A stretch of 32,000 nucleotides of DNA from Mycobacterium leprae TN (GCF_000195855.1 NC_002677.1:3090001-3122000), one strand, 5' to 3'. Positions 10,808 through 20,860 are shown, counted from the first letter of the stretch. The notes: generated by a model from the sequence alone, not told the origin. Numbers and translations: made by a program.

Positions 10808-11356
10808 TTGCCAGAATCGCAAGTGGCAGCCGACGATTCCGGTGTCACGCTCAACCGGTCGCGTCTGGGTCGCGGGTGGCTTACTGGTATCGCTGTAGCG
10901 CTTCTCCTGGCCGGCTGCGGCATAGGGACCGGCGGCTACTGCATGCTACGTTACCACCAGGACAGCCAAGCGATGGCACGCAACGACAACGCTGCGCTGA
11001 AAACGGCGCTGGATTGTGTTGCGGCAACGCAGGCTCCGGACACCAATACGATGGCGGCGAGTGAACAGAAAATCATCGACTGCGGTACTGATGCTTTCCA
11101 CGCCCAAGCTTTGCTGTACACAAACATGCTCGTTCAAGCGTATCAGGCTGCGAACGTACACGTTCAGGTGTCCGATATGAGAGCAGCGGTTGAGCGCCAC
11201 AACAACGACGGTTCCATCGATGTGCTCGTGGCACTTCGCGTCAAGTTGTCTAACGATCGTGCGCACAACCAAGAAACCGGTTATCGCCTGCGGGTGAAAA
11301 TGGCTCTCGCTGAGGGCCAGTACAAGATTTCCAAGCTAGACCAGGTGACCAAGTGA
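10808..11356 (+). CDS. Mce-associated membrane protein, Rv0175-like; true N-terminus uncertain
   Basis: TTG-started ORF with a single TM then a Mam-type domain (ALDCVAATQAPDTNTM...VERHNNDGSIDVLVALRV). The same frame is open and protein-like back to 10676 but has no ATG, GTG or TTG there. Confidence 0.82.
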   Translation: MPESQVAADDSGVTLNRSRLGRGWLTGIAVALLLAGCGIGTGGYCMLRYHQDSQAMARNDNAALKTALDCVAATQAPDTNTMAASEQKIIDCGTDAFHAQALLYTNMLVQAYQAANVHVQVSDMRAAVERHNNDGSIDVLVALRVKLSNDRAHNQETGYRLRVKMALAEGQYKISKLDQVTK

Positions 11357-12330
11357 CAGTGGTGGTCGCGAAGAGTCAGACCGCCGCGGTCATCCCGGAG
11401 CCATTGTCGAATCGCCTGGCGCCATGGCATCTTCGGTTGGTTGCATTAGCTGTTGATGTTCTGCCGGGTCTCGTTGCGGTGTCAACGATGACGTTGGTCG
11501 TTTTCACTGTCCCACTGCGCAGCGCGTGGTGGTGGTTGTGTATGGCAGTTGGCGGCATCGTTATCCTGTCGATGTTGGTCAACCGGTTGCTATTGCCGAC
11601 AATCATCGGTTGGAGCTTGGGACGTGCCCTGTGTGGCATCTCGGTGATAATGCGCGACGGGGTAGCCATCGGGCCGTGGCGGCTGTTGCTGCGGGATCTG
11701 ACTCACCTGCTCGACACGGCCGCGGTGTTCGCGGGCTGGCTCTGGCCACTGTGGGATTCACGCCGTCGCACCTTTGCTGATATACTGTTGCGGACCGAAG
11801 TGCGTTGTGTCCAAGCGGTCGAGCGACAGCGCACCATACGGTGGTGGGCCTCAGTGGCACTGCTGACCGCGGCAGGTGTGTCCTTGGGTGGTGCATCAGT
11901 GAGCTGGGCGGTGGTGTACTCACACGATCGGGCGATCGACCAAACTCGCTCCGAAATTGCGATTCAGGGGCCGAAGATGGTCGCGCAGATGCTGACCTAC
12001 AATCCAAAGTCACTACGCGACGATTTCACACACGCCCAATCCCTGGCTAGTGACAAATATCGGCGCCAGCTGGCCGCGCAACAGGACGTAGTGAAGAAGG
12101 GGCACCCAGTCATCAACGAGTATTGGCCGACAGCTGGTGCGATACAGTCGGCCACGCGGGACCGTGCGACGATGCTGTTGTTTATGCAAGGCCGGCGCGG
12201 CGCGGCGCCCGGCGAACGCTACATCAGTGCAACCGTTCGGGTGAGTTTCGCTAAAGGCGAGCATAACCATTGGCTCGTTGACGACCTCACCGTGTTGACC
12301 AAACCGAAAACGACCGGTAATGGAAGATGA
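11353..12330 (+). CDS. RDD-family / Mce-associated membrane protein, Rv0176-like
   Basis: 325-aa ORF with N-terminal RDD-like helices (RLVALAVDVLPG ... DSRRRTFADILLRTEV) and a C-terminal Mam-like domain. 4-bp overlaps at both ends. Confidence 0.9.
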   Translation: MTVVVAKSQTAAVIPEPLSNRLAPWHLRLVALAVDVLPGLVAVSTMTLVVFTVPLRSAWWWLCMAVGGIVILSMLVNRLLLPTIIGWSLGRALCGISVIMRDGVAIGPWRLLLRDLTHLLDTAAVFAGWLWPLWDSRRRTFADILLRTEVRCVQAVERQRTIRWWASVALLTAAGVSLGGASVSWAVVYSHDRAIDQTRSEIAIQGPKMVAQMLTYNPKSLRDDFTHAQSLASDKYRRQLAAQQDVVKKGHPVINEYWPTAGAIQSATRDRATMLLFMQGRRGAAPGERYISATVRVSFAKGEHNHWLVDDLTVLTKPKTTGNGR

Positions 12331-12881
12331 GTCCCCGCCGCAAGTTTCAAGCCGGCGAGGGATTACTGCTTGTCTCGCACACGGTGGCGTCGCAGCGACG
12401 ATGGGGGTTACCGCTTGCTGCTACGTTTGCCGCGTTGGTCATGGTAGCGGCAATCACGGCATCCACCTTGATGTCGATCTCCCATGCATCCCGTGAACTT
12501 GCTGTGGCAAAAGACCAGCAGGTGCTCAGCTACGTGAAATGGTTCATGACGCAGTTCACGACCCTTGATCCGTATCACGCTAATGACTATGTAGCGCGGA
12601 TATTGGCGCAAGCGACCGGTGACTTCGCTAAGCAGTACAACGAGAAGGTGAACGAGATCCTCCTCCAGGTCGCTCAAGCTGAACCTGCCACTGGCACCGT
12701 GCTCGACGCCGGTGTGGAAAGGTGGAACGACGATGGCAGCGCCAATGTGTTGGTGGCCACTGAAGTCACCTCCAAGTATCCGGATGAAAAACAGGTGTTA
12801 GAGAACACAAATCGTTGGACAGCAACCGCGACTCGGGAAGGCAATCAGTGGAAGATCAGCAACCTGTTGCAGGTGATCTGA
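12327..12881 (+). CDS. Mce-associated protein, Rv0177-like
   Basis: 184-aa ORF with one TM and Mam-like sequence (VERWNDDGSANVLVATEVTSKYPDEKQVLENTNRWTATA). Confidence 0.9.
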   Translation: MSPRRKFQAGEGLLLVSHTVASQRRWGLPLAATFAALVMVAAITASTLMSISHASRELAVAKDQQVLSYVKWFMTQFTTLDPYHANDYVARILAQATGDFAKQYNEKVNEILLQVAQAEPATGTVLDAGVERWNDDGSANVLVATEVTSKYPDEKQVLENTNRWTATATREGNQWKISNLLQVI

Positions 12882-13525
12882 CCTCCGGAGCTGGAATCTC
12901 CTCCAAGGAGATCGCTTGTCCGGCAGTAGAACAGGCAGACGGTTACATTGAGAACAAAGAGGAGACACTTGTGGCAGCCGCTGAAGGCGGTGGTTCCTGG
13001 AGGAATCGACGAGCCGGTCAGAGGACGGCTATCGCCGTCGTGGTTGCCGCGGTGCTATTCGTTGGTTCCGCAGCGTTTGCGGGCGCGGCCGTGCAGCCCT
13101 ACCTGGCTGATCGCGCTACCGTCGCAGTCAAGCTCGAAGTGGCGCGGACAGCGGCTAACGCGATCACGGTTCTGTGGACTTATACCCCGGAGAACATGGA
13201 CACTCTAGCTGACCGTGCGGCGACCTACCTCAGCGGCGATTTTGGGGCCCAGTACCGCAAATTCGTCGATGCTATCGTCGGCCCCAACAAACAGGCCAAG
13301 ATAACCAACAGCACTGAAGTCACTGGCGTGGCAGTCGAATCGCTGGATGCTTCGAATGCCATCGCTATTGTGTATACCAACACCACATCCACCAGCCCGC
13401 TGACCAAAAACATTCCGGCACTTAAATATCTGTCCTACCGGTTGTTTATGAAACGTAGTGCTGTCCGCTGGTTGGTGACCAGAATGACGACCATCACTTC
13501 ACTGGATTTGACGCCGCAGCTATAG
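12815..13525 (+). CDS. Mce-associated protein, Rv0178-like; start ambiguous
   Basis: 236-aa ORF with one TM (TAIAVVVAAVLFVGSAAFAGAAV) and a Mam-like domain. The listed TTG start at 12815 overlaps the previous gene by 67 bp. GTG at 12971 is an alternative. Confidence 0.84.
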   Translation: MDSNRDSGRQSVEDQQPVAGDLTSGAGISSKEIACPAVEQADGYIENKEETLVAAAEGGGSWRNRRAGQRTAIAVVVAAVLFVGSAAFAGAAVQPYLADRATVAVKLEVARTAANAITVLWTYTPENMDTLADRAATYLSGDFGAQYRKFVDAIVGPNKQAKITNSTEVTGVAVESLDASNAIAIVYTNTTSTSPLTKNIPALKYLSYRLFMKRSAVRWLVTRMTTITSLDLTPQL

Positions 13526-13559
13526 CAGTCACGCTGCCCGGAAAAGCAGTACAGCTGAA

Positions 13560-14640
13560 GATGGCTGTGGCTATTTGACGACTAGTCGAATACGTTACAG
13601 CTAGGAAGCGCTCGCTCGTGCGAGTCGCATAGCAGCATCTATTGGGTGGAGCATGATCACTTTGGTGAACTGACGCCGGCCCACATACCCCAGCCTCTGA
13701 TCATAGCACAACGGCTTATGAGCTATTGCCGTCGAGCAAGACTGCAGTATCTGCCGCCAAGGTCAGGAAACAGGTCCTGCATATTGTCTAGCGGGTAGTT
13801 GCCGCTCTCGAATATGTACTATTTCGTCTTTTTGCTTTGCGTAGGCAAGAGCCGTTCGCACCACATTGGAGCCAACCGGCATTATCAGGAGACAACAGTC
13901 CGACCCCGGCGCATGGCGACGAACTTTTCGTTCTTATTGAATTAGGTGCTTGGAGCACTGGGGTGGTGACATCATAGTCGTTCTTGACGCTGGGCCCCAC
14001 CGCATACGGCGCACCACACTATGGCAGGATCATTATTGTCAGCGCGTTCCAGCTCTCACTCCAAACCGACCGGGCTGTGAGTCGTTGTGTCCACGAAGGG
14101 GGCACCTAACGGTGAACTCTGCTAGCTAGTCTGTATGCCGTGGAACAGCACCTCTGCGGGTGTACGTAGAAAAAAATTGGCGGTAATCGAGAATGTCGGT
14201 TGCCTCATTCGCCTACCACGCCTGCAGGAGTCGCTCGTTAGTGCGGCTCCAAGGGTTGGTTTCGCAGCGCCTCTGGCTACCTTGTTGTGTATCTACCAGT
14301 CGGTGAGATGAAAGCCCGCTACACCGAATTCTTGATGATAATCAAGTGGACCACCATTGTTCATCTCGTGCCAGCCACCACCGGCGTTGAGCATCGGTGT
14401 GGGGTAACCGGAGCCGGAAACTGTAAACCTAGAGGTACGAGCTTTGTGTTGTTGATGGCGTTGGAGCTCATCTCGTGCTCGTCTGCAGTCTGCATGATAA
14501 GTTATCCTAGAGTGTTGGTCAGGGCCACGAAAGCAAGTATGTGCGGATGCCGCATCATCGACTTGTCATGCGTCAGTTGGAGTGAGCACGATAATTTTTT
14601 CGGCCCTGATGCGAATACGACATACACAACATCAGGCACA
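13560..14640 (-). pseudogene. Decayed region where lprO (Rv0179c) is expected
   Basis: No credible ORF. Gap size and position match Rv0179c between Rv0178 and Rv0180c. I could not recover residual LprO motifs, so this call rests on synteny only. Confidence 0.35.
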
Positions 14641-14659
14641 CAAGTCGCACTGTATAGTT

Positions 14660-16057
14660 TTAAATAACAGGCAGATGACACTTCGGCTGCGTTGGAATTA
14701 CGTTTGGTCGCTTGCCACTTTTGTTTGGTCTTAAGCGCGCTTGGTGTTGCGCTTGGTGCCATTCGGCGATCGCCATCCCGACTGCCCCTGGAATCCGGTG
14801 GCAGCCCCCACGGTCGTAGATGCGCGTAACGACACCACCCAACAACAGCCCAATGGCCATGCCTAGAGCCGTCATGAACAATGCTTGCGACATACCGGAA
14901 TCCGCATGACCCTTGAGATACAGCAGCGACCGAACGCCAAGAAACAACTGGTGCAGCGGCTCGAATTCAGACAGCCAGCGAAAGAACGGCGGTACCGCCT
15001 CCAGCGGAACCGTGGCGCCTGCCGACGGTAATCCGAGAATCATGAAGATAAACATGCTGACCAGCAGACCCATCGAGCCCAGCCCCGCGATCAGCGAGCT
15101 GGACGTGATACCCACCGCGCTGATTGCAAATACCCCGTAGAGCCACAATTGCCAGCCGAGCGGAATGGGCATGCCAAGTCCGTGGGCGATGGCCAAGTAG
15201 ACCGCCGATGTGATCAGGGCCAGCACCACCATCAGACCCCATTTTACTACCAGTGTGTGGAAGCGAGAGATATTGATCTGCTCGGCGTAGTGATACACCG
15301 GTCCAACCTCGGTCGGTATGTAGCCAAGCATTGAGTCTACCAGCGTGCTGACCACAATGCTGCCGGTAAAACCTGTTAGCAGCAGCAAAAGGGCGTAGTA
15401 GAAAGCCGATAGGCCGTTGCCAGTGCCATTTGGCAACGGGTTGTAAATGGCTAATTTGATATCGATTGGACTGGTCAGACCTAGTGCCGCCGCTCCGGTC
15501 AGGTGTGCCCCGCCGGTTTGAGCTGCTACCTCAGCTGTAAGTCGTTGGCCCGCTTTGCTATTCACCATAGTAATCGCCTGGGTAAGAGTCTGTCCGGCGA
15601 TACTAGATCCCAGCGCGCCTGCACGTGGGTTGGTTGAGACCATGATTACCGGCCTATCTGCATGGGTGGGCAGAACCGCGCTGGTCCCGAAATCCCGCAG
15701 CTGAGATGAAAAGCTCGGCGGTATGACCGCCGAGCCATACACCCCAGCGCTGTCCAGCAGCTGCTGTGCTTCTCGACAGGAAACCACGCGGACGTCGAAC
15801 TTGTTCTTATCCAATCCGGCTAGCAGGCCCTCGACAATCTGTGCACCCGCTGGCCCGGCATCCTCATTCACCACAGCGAGGGGGAAATGCTGCAGGTTGG
15901 TTGTCGGATTCAAGATTCCGCCCAGATACAGCGCAGCCAGTGCCGACATGAGCGACAACGTGATGACGATCGGTGACGCCCAGAACCGCACAGTCCGTAT
16001 CGCTTTTGCATCACGGGTAGGTGCGAACGGGGCGTGTCGTGGCTGCGGTTGAGACAT
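14660..16057 (-). CDS. Polytopic membrane protein, Rv0180c-like (YhgE/Pip or DUF3533-like topology)
   Basis: The ORF track runs to 16108, and ATG at 16057 (MSQPQPRHAPFAP) is a more natural start. One N-terminal TM, a large extracytoplasmic domain (NPTTNLQHFPLAVVNEDAGPAGAQIVEGLL), then multiple TMs. Confidence 0.85.
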   Translation of the reverse strand: MSQPQPRHAPFAPTRDAKAIRTVRFWASPIVITLSLMSALAALYLGGILNPTTNLQHFPLAVVNEDAGPAGAQIVEGLLAGLDKNKFDVRVVSCREAQQLLDSAGVYGSAVIPPSFSSQLRDFGTSAVLPTHADRPVIMVSTNPRAGALGSSIAGQTLTQAITMVNSKAGQRLTAEVAAQTGGAHLTGAAALGLTSPIDIKLAIYNPLPNGTGNGLSAFYYALLLLLTGFTGSIVVSTLVDSMLGYIPTEVGPVYHYAEQINISRFHTLVVKWGLMVVLALITSAVYLAIAHGLGMPIPLGWQLWLYGVFAISAVGITSSSLIAGLGSMGLLVSMFIFMILGLPSAGATVPLEAVPPFFRWLSEFEPLHQLFLGVRSLLYLKGHADSGMSQALFMTALGMAIGLLLGGVVTRIYDRGGCHRIPGAVGMAIAEWHQAQHQARLRPNKSGKRPNVIPTQPKCHLPVI

Positions 16058-16099
16058 GCGGGCTCCTGTCTGTAGTGCCCTAACTCTATGTTGCCGGCA

Positions 16100-16126
16100 T
16101 TGCCACACCTAAAGATGGTGTGGCAA
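16100..16126. promoter_or_regulatory. Perfect inverted repeat TTGCCACACC-taaagat-GGTGTGGCAA
   Basis: Read directly: 10-nt arms and a 7-nt loop, 43 bp upstream of the Rv0180c-like start codon. Confidence 0.6.
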
Positions 16127-16189
16127 GCTTTTGTCGCCTAACTGTGCATGGCCTCTCCGAGATCACCACCTATCACGACGCGTTACCCG

Positions 16190-16815
16190 TCGCTCGTCGG
16201 CGCCGGTAAACCGGTCTGCGTCGCCCTTCTCTAGGTCGCCAAAACCTTCCGGGGTGATTCGGCCGTGCTGGAGGTATTTGAGCTGCGGGTAGGGGCCTCC
16301 GACCGGCGCACCGCGTCGCCAGGCAATAGTTGACCGCTGTGCAGCGCCGCGTTGCGACTGTTCGGGGAAATGGCGGCATCAAGCCCGGGTATACCCCGAA
16401 GCATGCGCTCTTCAGGTTGCAGCTCAACAATTCCTCGTCAATTTCGTGCTGCTGGTAGTTGGGTGAGTGGACGGTCTCATCGAGGGTGACTTATATCTGC
16501 GCAAAAAAACTGACTTCGTTGCAGAATCGTTCTTCTTCGAATACAGAAGTCCAAGGGTCGCCTGCCTTACCGGTGGAATCCTAGTTGCGTTAATTCACCT
16601 TGCAATACTCAGATGGTGATCTCCATGCTGCGGTGTGAGTGCGTATTCAGACCAGTACCCTATACCACTAGGCCGTCGTTGTTCACCAACAAGAGCCCAT
16701 GGTGGGTATTGTCCGGATTGTAGTGGCGGCCAAACGAGGACGAACTCCCGGAATTGAATCAAGGTGTCGTGGTGACGGTGGATCGCGCCCAGCAGCAACC
16801 AGCAGTACATAAAAT
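16190..16815 (-). pseudogene. Decayed pirin-family protein (Rv0181c-like)
   Basis: Minus-strand translation gives SFGRHYNPDNTHHGLLLVNNDGLVV*GTGLNTHSHRSMEITI* and NYQQHEIDEELL, clear pirin motifs interrupted by stops and frameshifts. Confidence 0.88.
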
Positions 16816-16879
16816 TTCATGTCGCAGAATCTGTTTAGAACCCATAGGTGACCGAATGCAATGCAACACACAGAGTTAC

Positions 16880-17440
16880 CTGGAGCTGGCCAGCTCGAAT
16901 TTCACAAACAAGATGTCGTCAAGAAACGTCACTACATTACCGCCACCGTGTTTAGAGCACGTGCAAACTTTACGGGGTGGAGTACCTCACTTGCCCACAT
17001 ATACATTGCTGTGGCCGGCTGACTGTTAATGGACGACAGTAGCGGTCATATATCATCAGGGTATTCAGCGAGGCATTGCTGGTGAATCAATGCGCCGCTT
17101 CTTGTGACCCTTCATACCAACCGGCGGTCGACGGATACGGAAGCTACGGACGAGACGGTTACGGAGCACTGGGAAGCGTGGTCGCCATACATTTCGGCAA
17201 CGGCCGTTGCTGACGGCCTACCCGGGGAGCTCAGTCAGGTGTTGGTGGAGCTGCGATACAGCCAGGTAGGTATCGACGATTTGCCTTCGAAAGGGGCGTA
17301 GCCTTTCCAGGCCTGTGGAAATGTCTGCTGTACCAAGTTCTCTGTATCGTGCAAAGACCAGGGCGCCTGCCGACAGCTGCGTTTCAAGCAGTTGGCTTCG
17401 TTAGGGCTCCACTACGGGTGGCGAAATTTCTTTAGTTGAC
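16880..17440 (-). pseudogene. sigG: Decayed ECF sigma factor SigG, internally deleted
   Basis: Minus strand gives LVQQTFPQAWKGYAPFEGKSSIPTWLY (sigma region 2) near 17250-17370 and a C-terminal-like NGQPATAMYMWASEVLHP near 16985-17035. The intervening sequence is far shorter than a normal sigG. Confidence 0.85.
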
Positions 17441-17512
17441 GGTTGGCGCGTTCGGCATCAGAATTATCGGCGAAAAAACTCACCAACCCGCAAATTTACG
17501 CATGCTGTCTGA

Positions 17513-18385
<873 letters not shown>

Positions 18386-18445
18386 CCGACGTAGTGGCAG
18401 TCACGTACGCAGAAATTGTCATACCACTCCACGTAGTTTGATGTT

Positions 18446-19195
18446 ATGACCGACAACAAAATGCTGGCCCGCATTGCCGCGTTGCTGCGTCAGGCTGAAG
18501 GCACTGACAATGCTCATGAAGCTGACGCGTTTATGGCCACCGCGCAACGGTTGGCGACCGCGGCATCTATCGACTTGGCGGTGGCGCGGTCGCATGTGGC
18601 CAACCGTTCGACTGCACAGGCCCCTACTCAGCGCACTATCACCATCGGTACAGCAGGCACCCGCGGGCTGCGGACGTATGTACAGCTCTTTGTGCTGATC
18701 GCGGCAGCAAACGACGTCCGCTGTGATGTGGCGTCGAATTCGACGTTCCTTTACGCTTACGGGTTCGCCGAGGACATCGACGCCACGCACGCCCTGTATG
18801 CCAGCCTGGTTGTCCAGATGGTGCGGGAGTCGGACGCCTATCTCGCATCGGGCGCGTATCGACCCACGCCGACAATCACCGCTAGACTCAACTTTCAGCT
18901 GGGGTTCGGAATGCGTGTAGGTCAGCGTCTGACCGAGGCTCGCGATCATATCCGGAGTGCTGTGACCGAAGCCTGGGATCGTCCGACTGCAACAGCTATA
19001 GCGTTGCGAGACAAGGAGATTGAGCTGATCGACTACTACCGCAGCGCGTCTAAGGCGCGCGGAACCTGGCAAGCCGCCAGAGCTTCGGCAGGCTATTCGT
19101 CGGCGGCGCGGAACGCGGGCGATCAGGCCGGCCGACGAGCCTGGATAGACAACAGCACTGAGCTGCCCGGAGCGCGGGCCGCGCTGGGTCGATGA
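18446..19195 (+). CDS. DUF2786-type conserved protein, Rv0184-like
   Basis: 249-aa ORF with N-terminal MLARIAALLRQAEGTDNAHEADAFMATAQRLATAASID, typical of DUF2786. Confidence 0.88.
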   Translation: MTDNKMLARIAALLRQAEGTDNAHEADAFMATAQRLATAASIDLAVARSHVANRSTAQAPTQRTITIGTAGTRGLRTYVQLFVLIAAANDVRCDVASNSTFLYAYGFAEDIDATHALYASLVVQMVRESDAYLASGAYRPTPTITARLNFQLGFGMRVGQRLTEARDHIRSAVTEAWDRPTATAIALRDKEIELIDYYRSASKARGTWQAARASAGYSSAARNAGDQAGRRAWIDNSTELPGARAALGR

Positions 19196-19698
19196 ATTTG
19201 TTGGATTCGGTGCGAGACGCTCAACGTTCCAAAGTTTATGCAGCTGAAGAATTCATCCGAACGTTGTTCGACCGTGCCGTCGAACATGGATCACCTGCGG
19301 TGGAATTCTTCGGTGCTCAGTTGAGCTTGCCACCGGAAGCACGGTTCGGTTCGGTTGCGGCAGTCCAACGTTACGTTGACGACGTGCTTGCTTTACAGGC
19401 GGTACGGCAGCGCTGGCCGAGAATGTTGCCTCTCACGGTGCGGGCGCGGCGAGCGGCCACCGCAGCGCACTACGAAAACCTTGACGGTGCAGGTGTTATC
19501 GCGGTTCCTGGTAACAACGCTGACTGGGCAATGCGCGAGCTGGTGGTTCTTCACGAAGTAGCGCACCACCTATGTAAGGATCCTCCGCCACATGGTCCGG
19601 AATTTGTCGCCACGATATGCGCACTGACCGAGCTGGTTATGGGACCAGAACTTGGGTACGTGTTTCGCGTCGTATATGCTAAAGAGGGTGTGCGTTAG
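19192..19698 (+). CDS. HExxH putative metallohydrolase, Rv0185-like
   Basis: 168-aa ORF with zinc motif ELVVLHEVAHHLCKDPPPHGPEF. Overlaps the DUF2786 gene by 4 bp. Confidence 0.9.
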   Translation: MNLLDSVRDAQRSKVYAAEEFIRTLFDRAVEHGSPAVEFFGAQLSLPPEARFGSVAAVQRYVDDVLALQAVRQRWPRMLPLTVRARRAATAAHYENLDGAGVIAVPGNNADWAMRELVVLHEVAHHLCKDPPPHGPEFVATICALTELVMGPELGYVFRVVYAKEGVR

Positions 19699-19739
19699 GC
19701 GAATTCGATAGCGACCATGCGGTAGCGCGCGAGGTCGAA

Positions 19740-20860
19740 ACCCAGCTGGCTGCCACACCGGGATTCTCACTGCTGATTAGGGTGGATGGGGGCCGGGGAA
19801 CCACGATCGCGACGATGTTGTTGATGACGAGCATTCTGCTGACCGCTGGCTACGTGACTGTGATCTCTAAACTCGGCGTTCCGACGTTGATGATGAATGA
19901 TACCGGGCTGGACGTTACCAATCCTGACTACTGCCGCGGTGAGATCGCTACCGCGCTAGCGGCCGGGCTGCCACTGTTTTGATCCTACCTTGGTCCGCGC
20001 CTCGGGTGACGTACGTGCTGGAAGGCATGCAGTCATAGGTTCAACGTACAACTCGCGGCCGTGATCAACATCGTGCGCGACCCGAGCAACCCTCCGAAAT
20101 TTCGAATACCTTTCCTAATAAAAGCTTTGAGTGCTGCCATTGCCGCGGAGTCGATCAACGGCATACAGCATCAGTGGGGCTATCTCGACTATCAACCACT
20201 ACTCGTTGAACTGCAACGAGACCAACCGACTTAGCTGTATGCGGTTATCGACACCGACGTTCACCGCGGATACGGTCTGGCGAGTCCTTAAATTAGAGAT
20301 TGCCGTTGAGCGATAACAAGTAGTAGAGTGCCGACGGCGTACAACAAGGTCAACGGCGACTACGCTTCCAGCAACCTGATTTTACTCAATGACGTGTTGA
20401 AAAGCGGCAGGGTATATCGCAGTTGGGTTATCTCCGATTGGGGAGCAATACCGAACTGGGAGTCCGCACTTAATGGGTTCGACCAAGAATGCGCTGCCCA
20501 GCTCGACGCCGTGTTTTAGCACTCGGGCATTCACTCACCAGGTGCGAAACGCCTATGCCGACGGCAGGCTGTCCAAAAAACGGGTTGTCGGACATGGCAC
20601 GATAGATTCGTGGTCGATGTTCGCTGTTGGGATATTGAATGCCACAGCTATGCTAATATAGCGAATCTGGTAGCGCATCACAAGATTGCCTTGTAGATCG
20701 CATGCCAGGGATTATTGTGCTGCTGAAGAACGACGGGGGCGCTGGCCGTTGAGTCTCTCGTGTCGTCGCGATCATAAGCCGGCTTTACACAGTTCAGTAT
20801 GGTCCGCTGGCTGCAGTTCCGTGCCGTTGTCCCCCGCCGGGGGACAACGGCACGGAATTC
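19740..20860 (+). pseudogene. bglS: Decayed beta-glucosidase (GH3), bglS-like; may continue to about 21400
   Basis: Fragments KLGVPTLMMNDTGLDV, PTAYNKVNGDYASSNLILLNDVLKSGRVYRSWVISDWGAIPNWESALNGFDQE, VRNAYADGRLSKKR and ACQGIIVLLKNDGGA match GH3 motifs, in shifting frames with stops. Confidence 0.9.
20817..20857. repeat. Perfect inverted repeat / hairpin, 19-bp arms and 3-nt loop
   Basis: TTCCGTGCCGTTGTCCCCC-gcc-GGGGGACAACGGCACGGAA read directly from the sequence. Confidence 0.97.

Noticed and set aside
10331-10822. 163-aa minus-strand ORF across the mce1F 3' end, and the overlapping 130-aa ORF
   Set aside because: Antisense shadow of mce1F with no recognisable domain.
18386-18445. Short repeated acgtag/cacgtag words between the Rv0183- and Rv0184-like genes
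   Set aside because: Too short and irregular to support a regulatory call.
18419-19072. 217-aa minus-strand ORF overlapping the DUF2786 gene
   Set aside because: Antisense to a well-supported gene, low-complexity Arg/Cys-rich content with no family motifs. A GC-rich shadow ORF.
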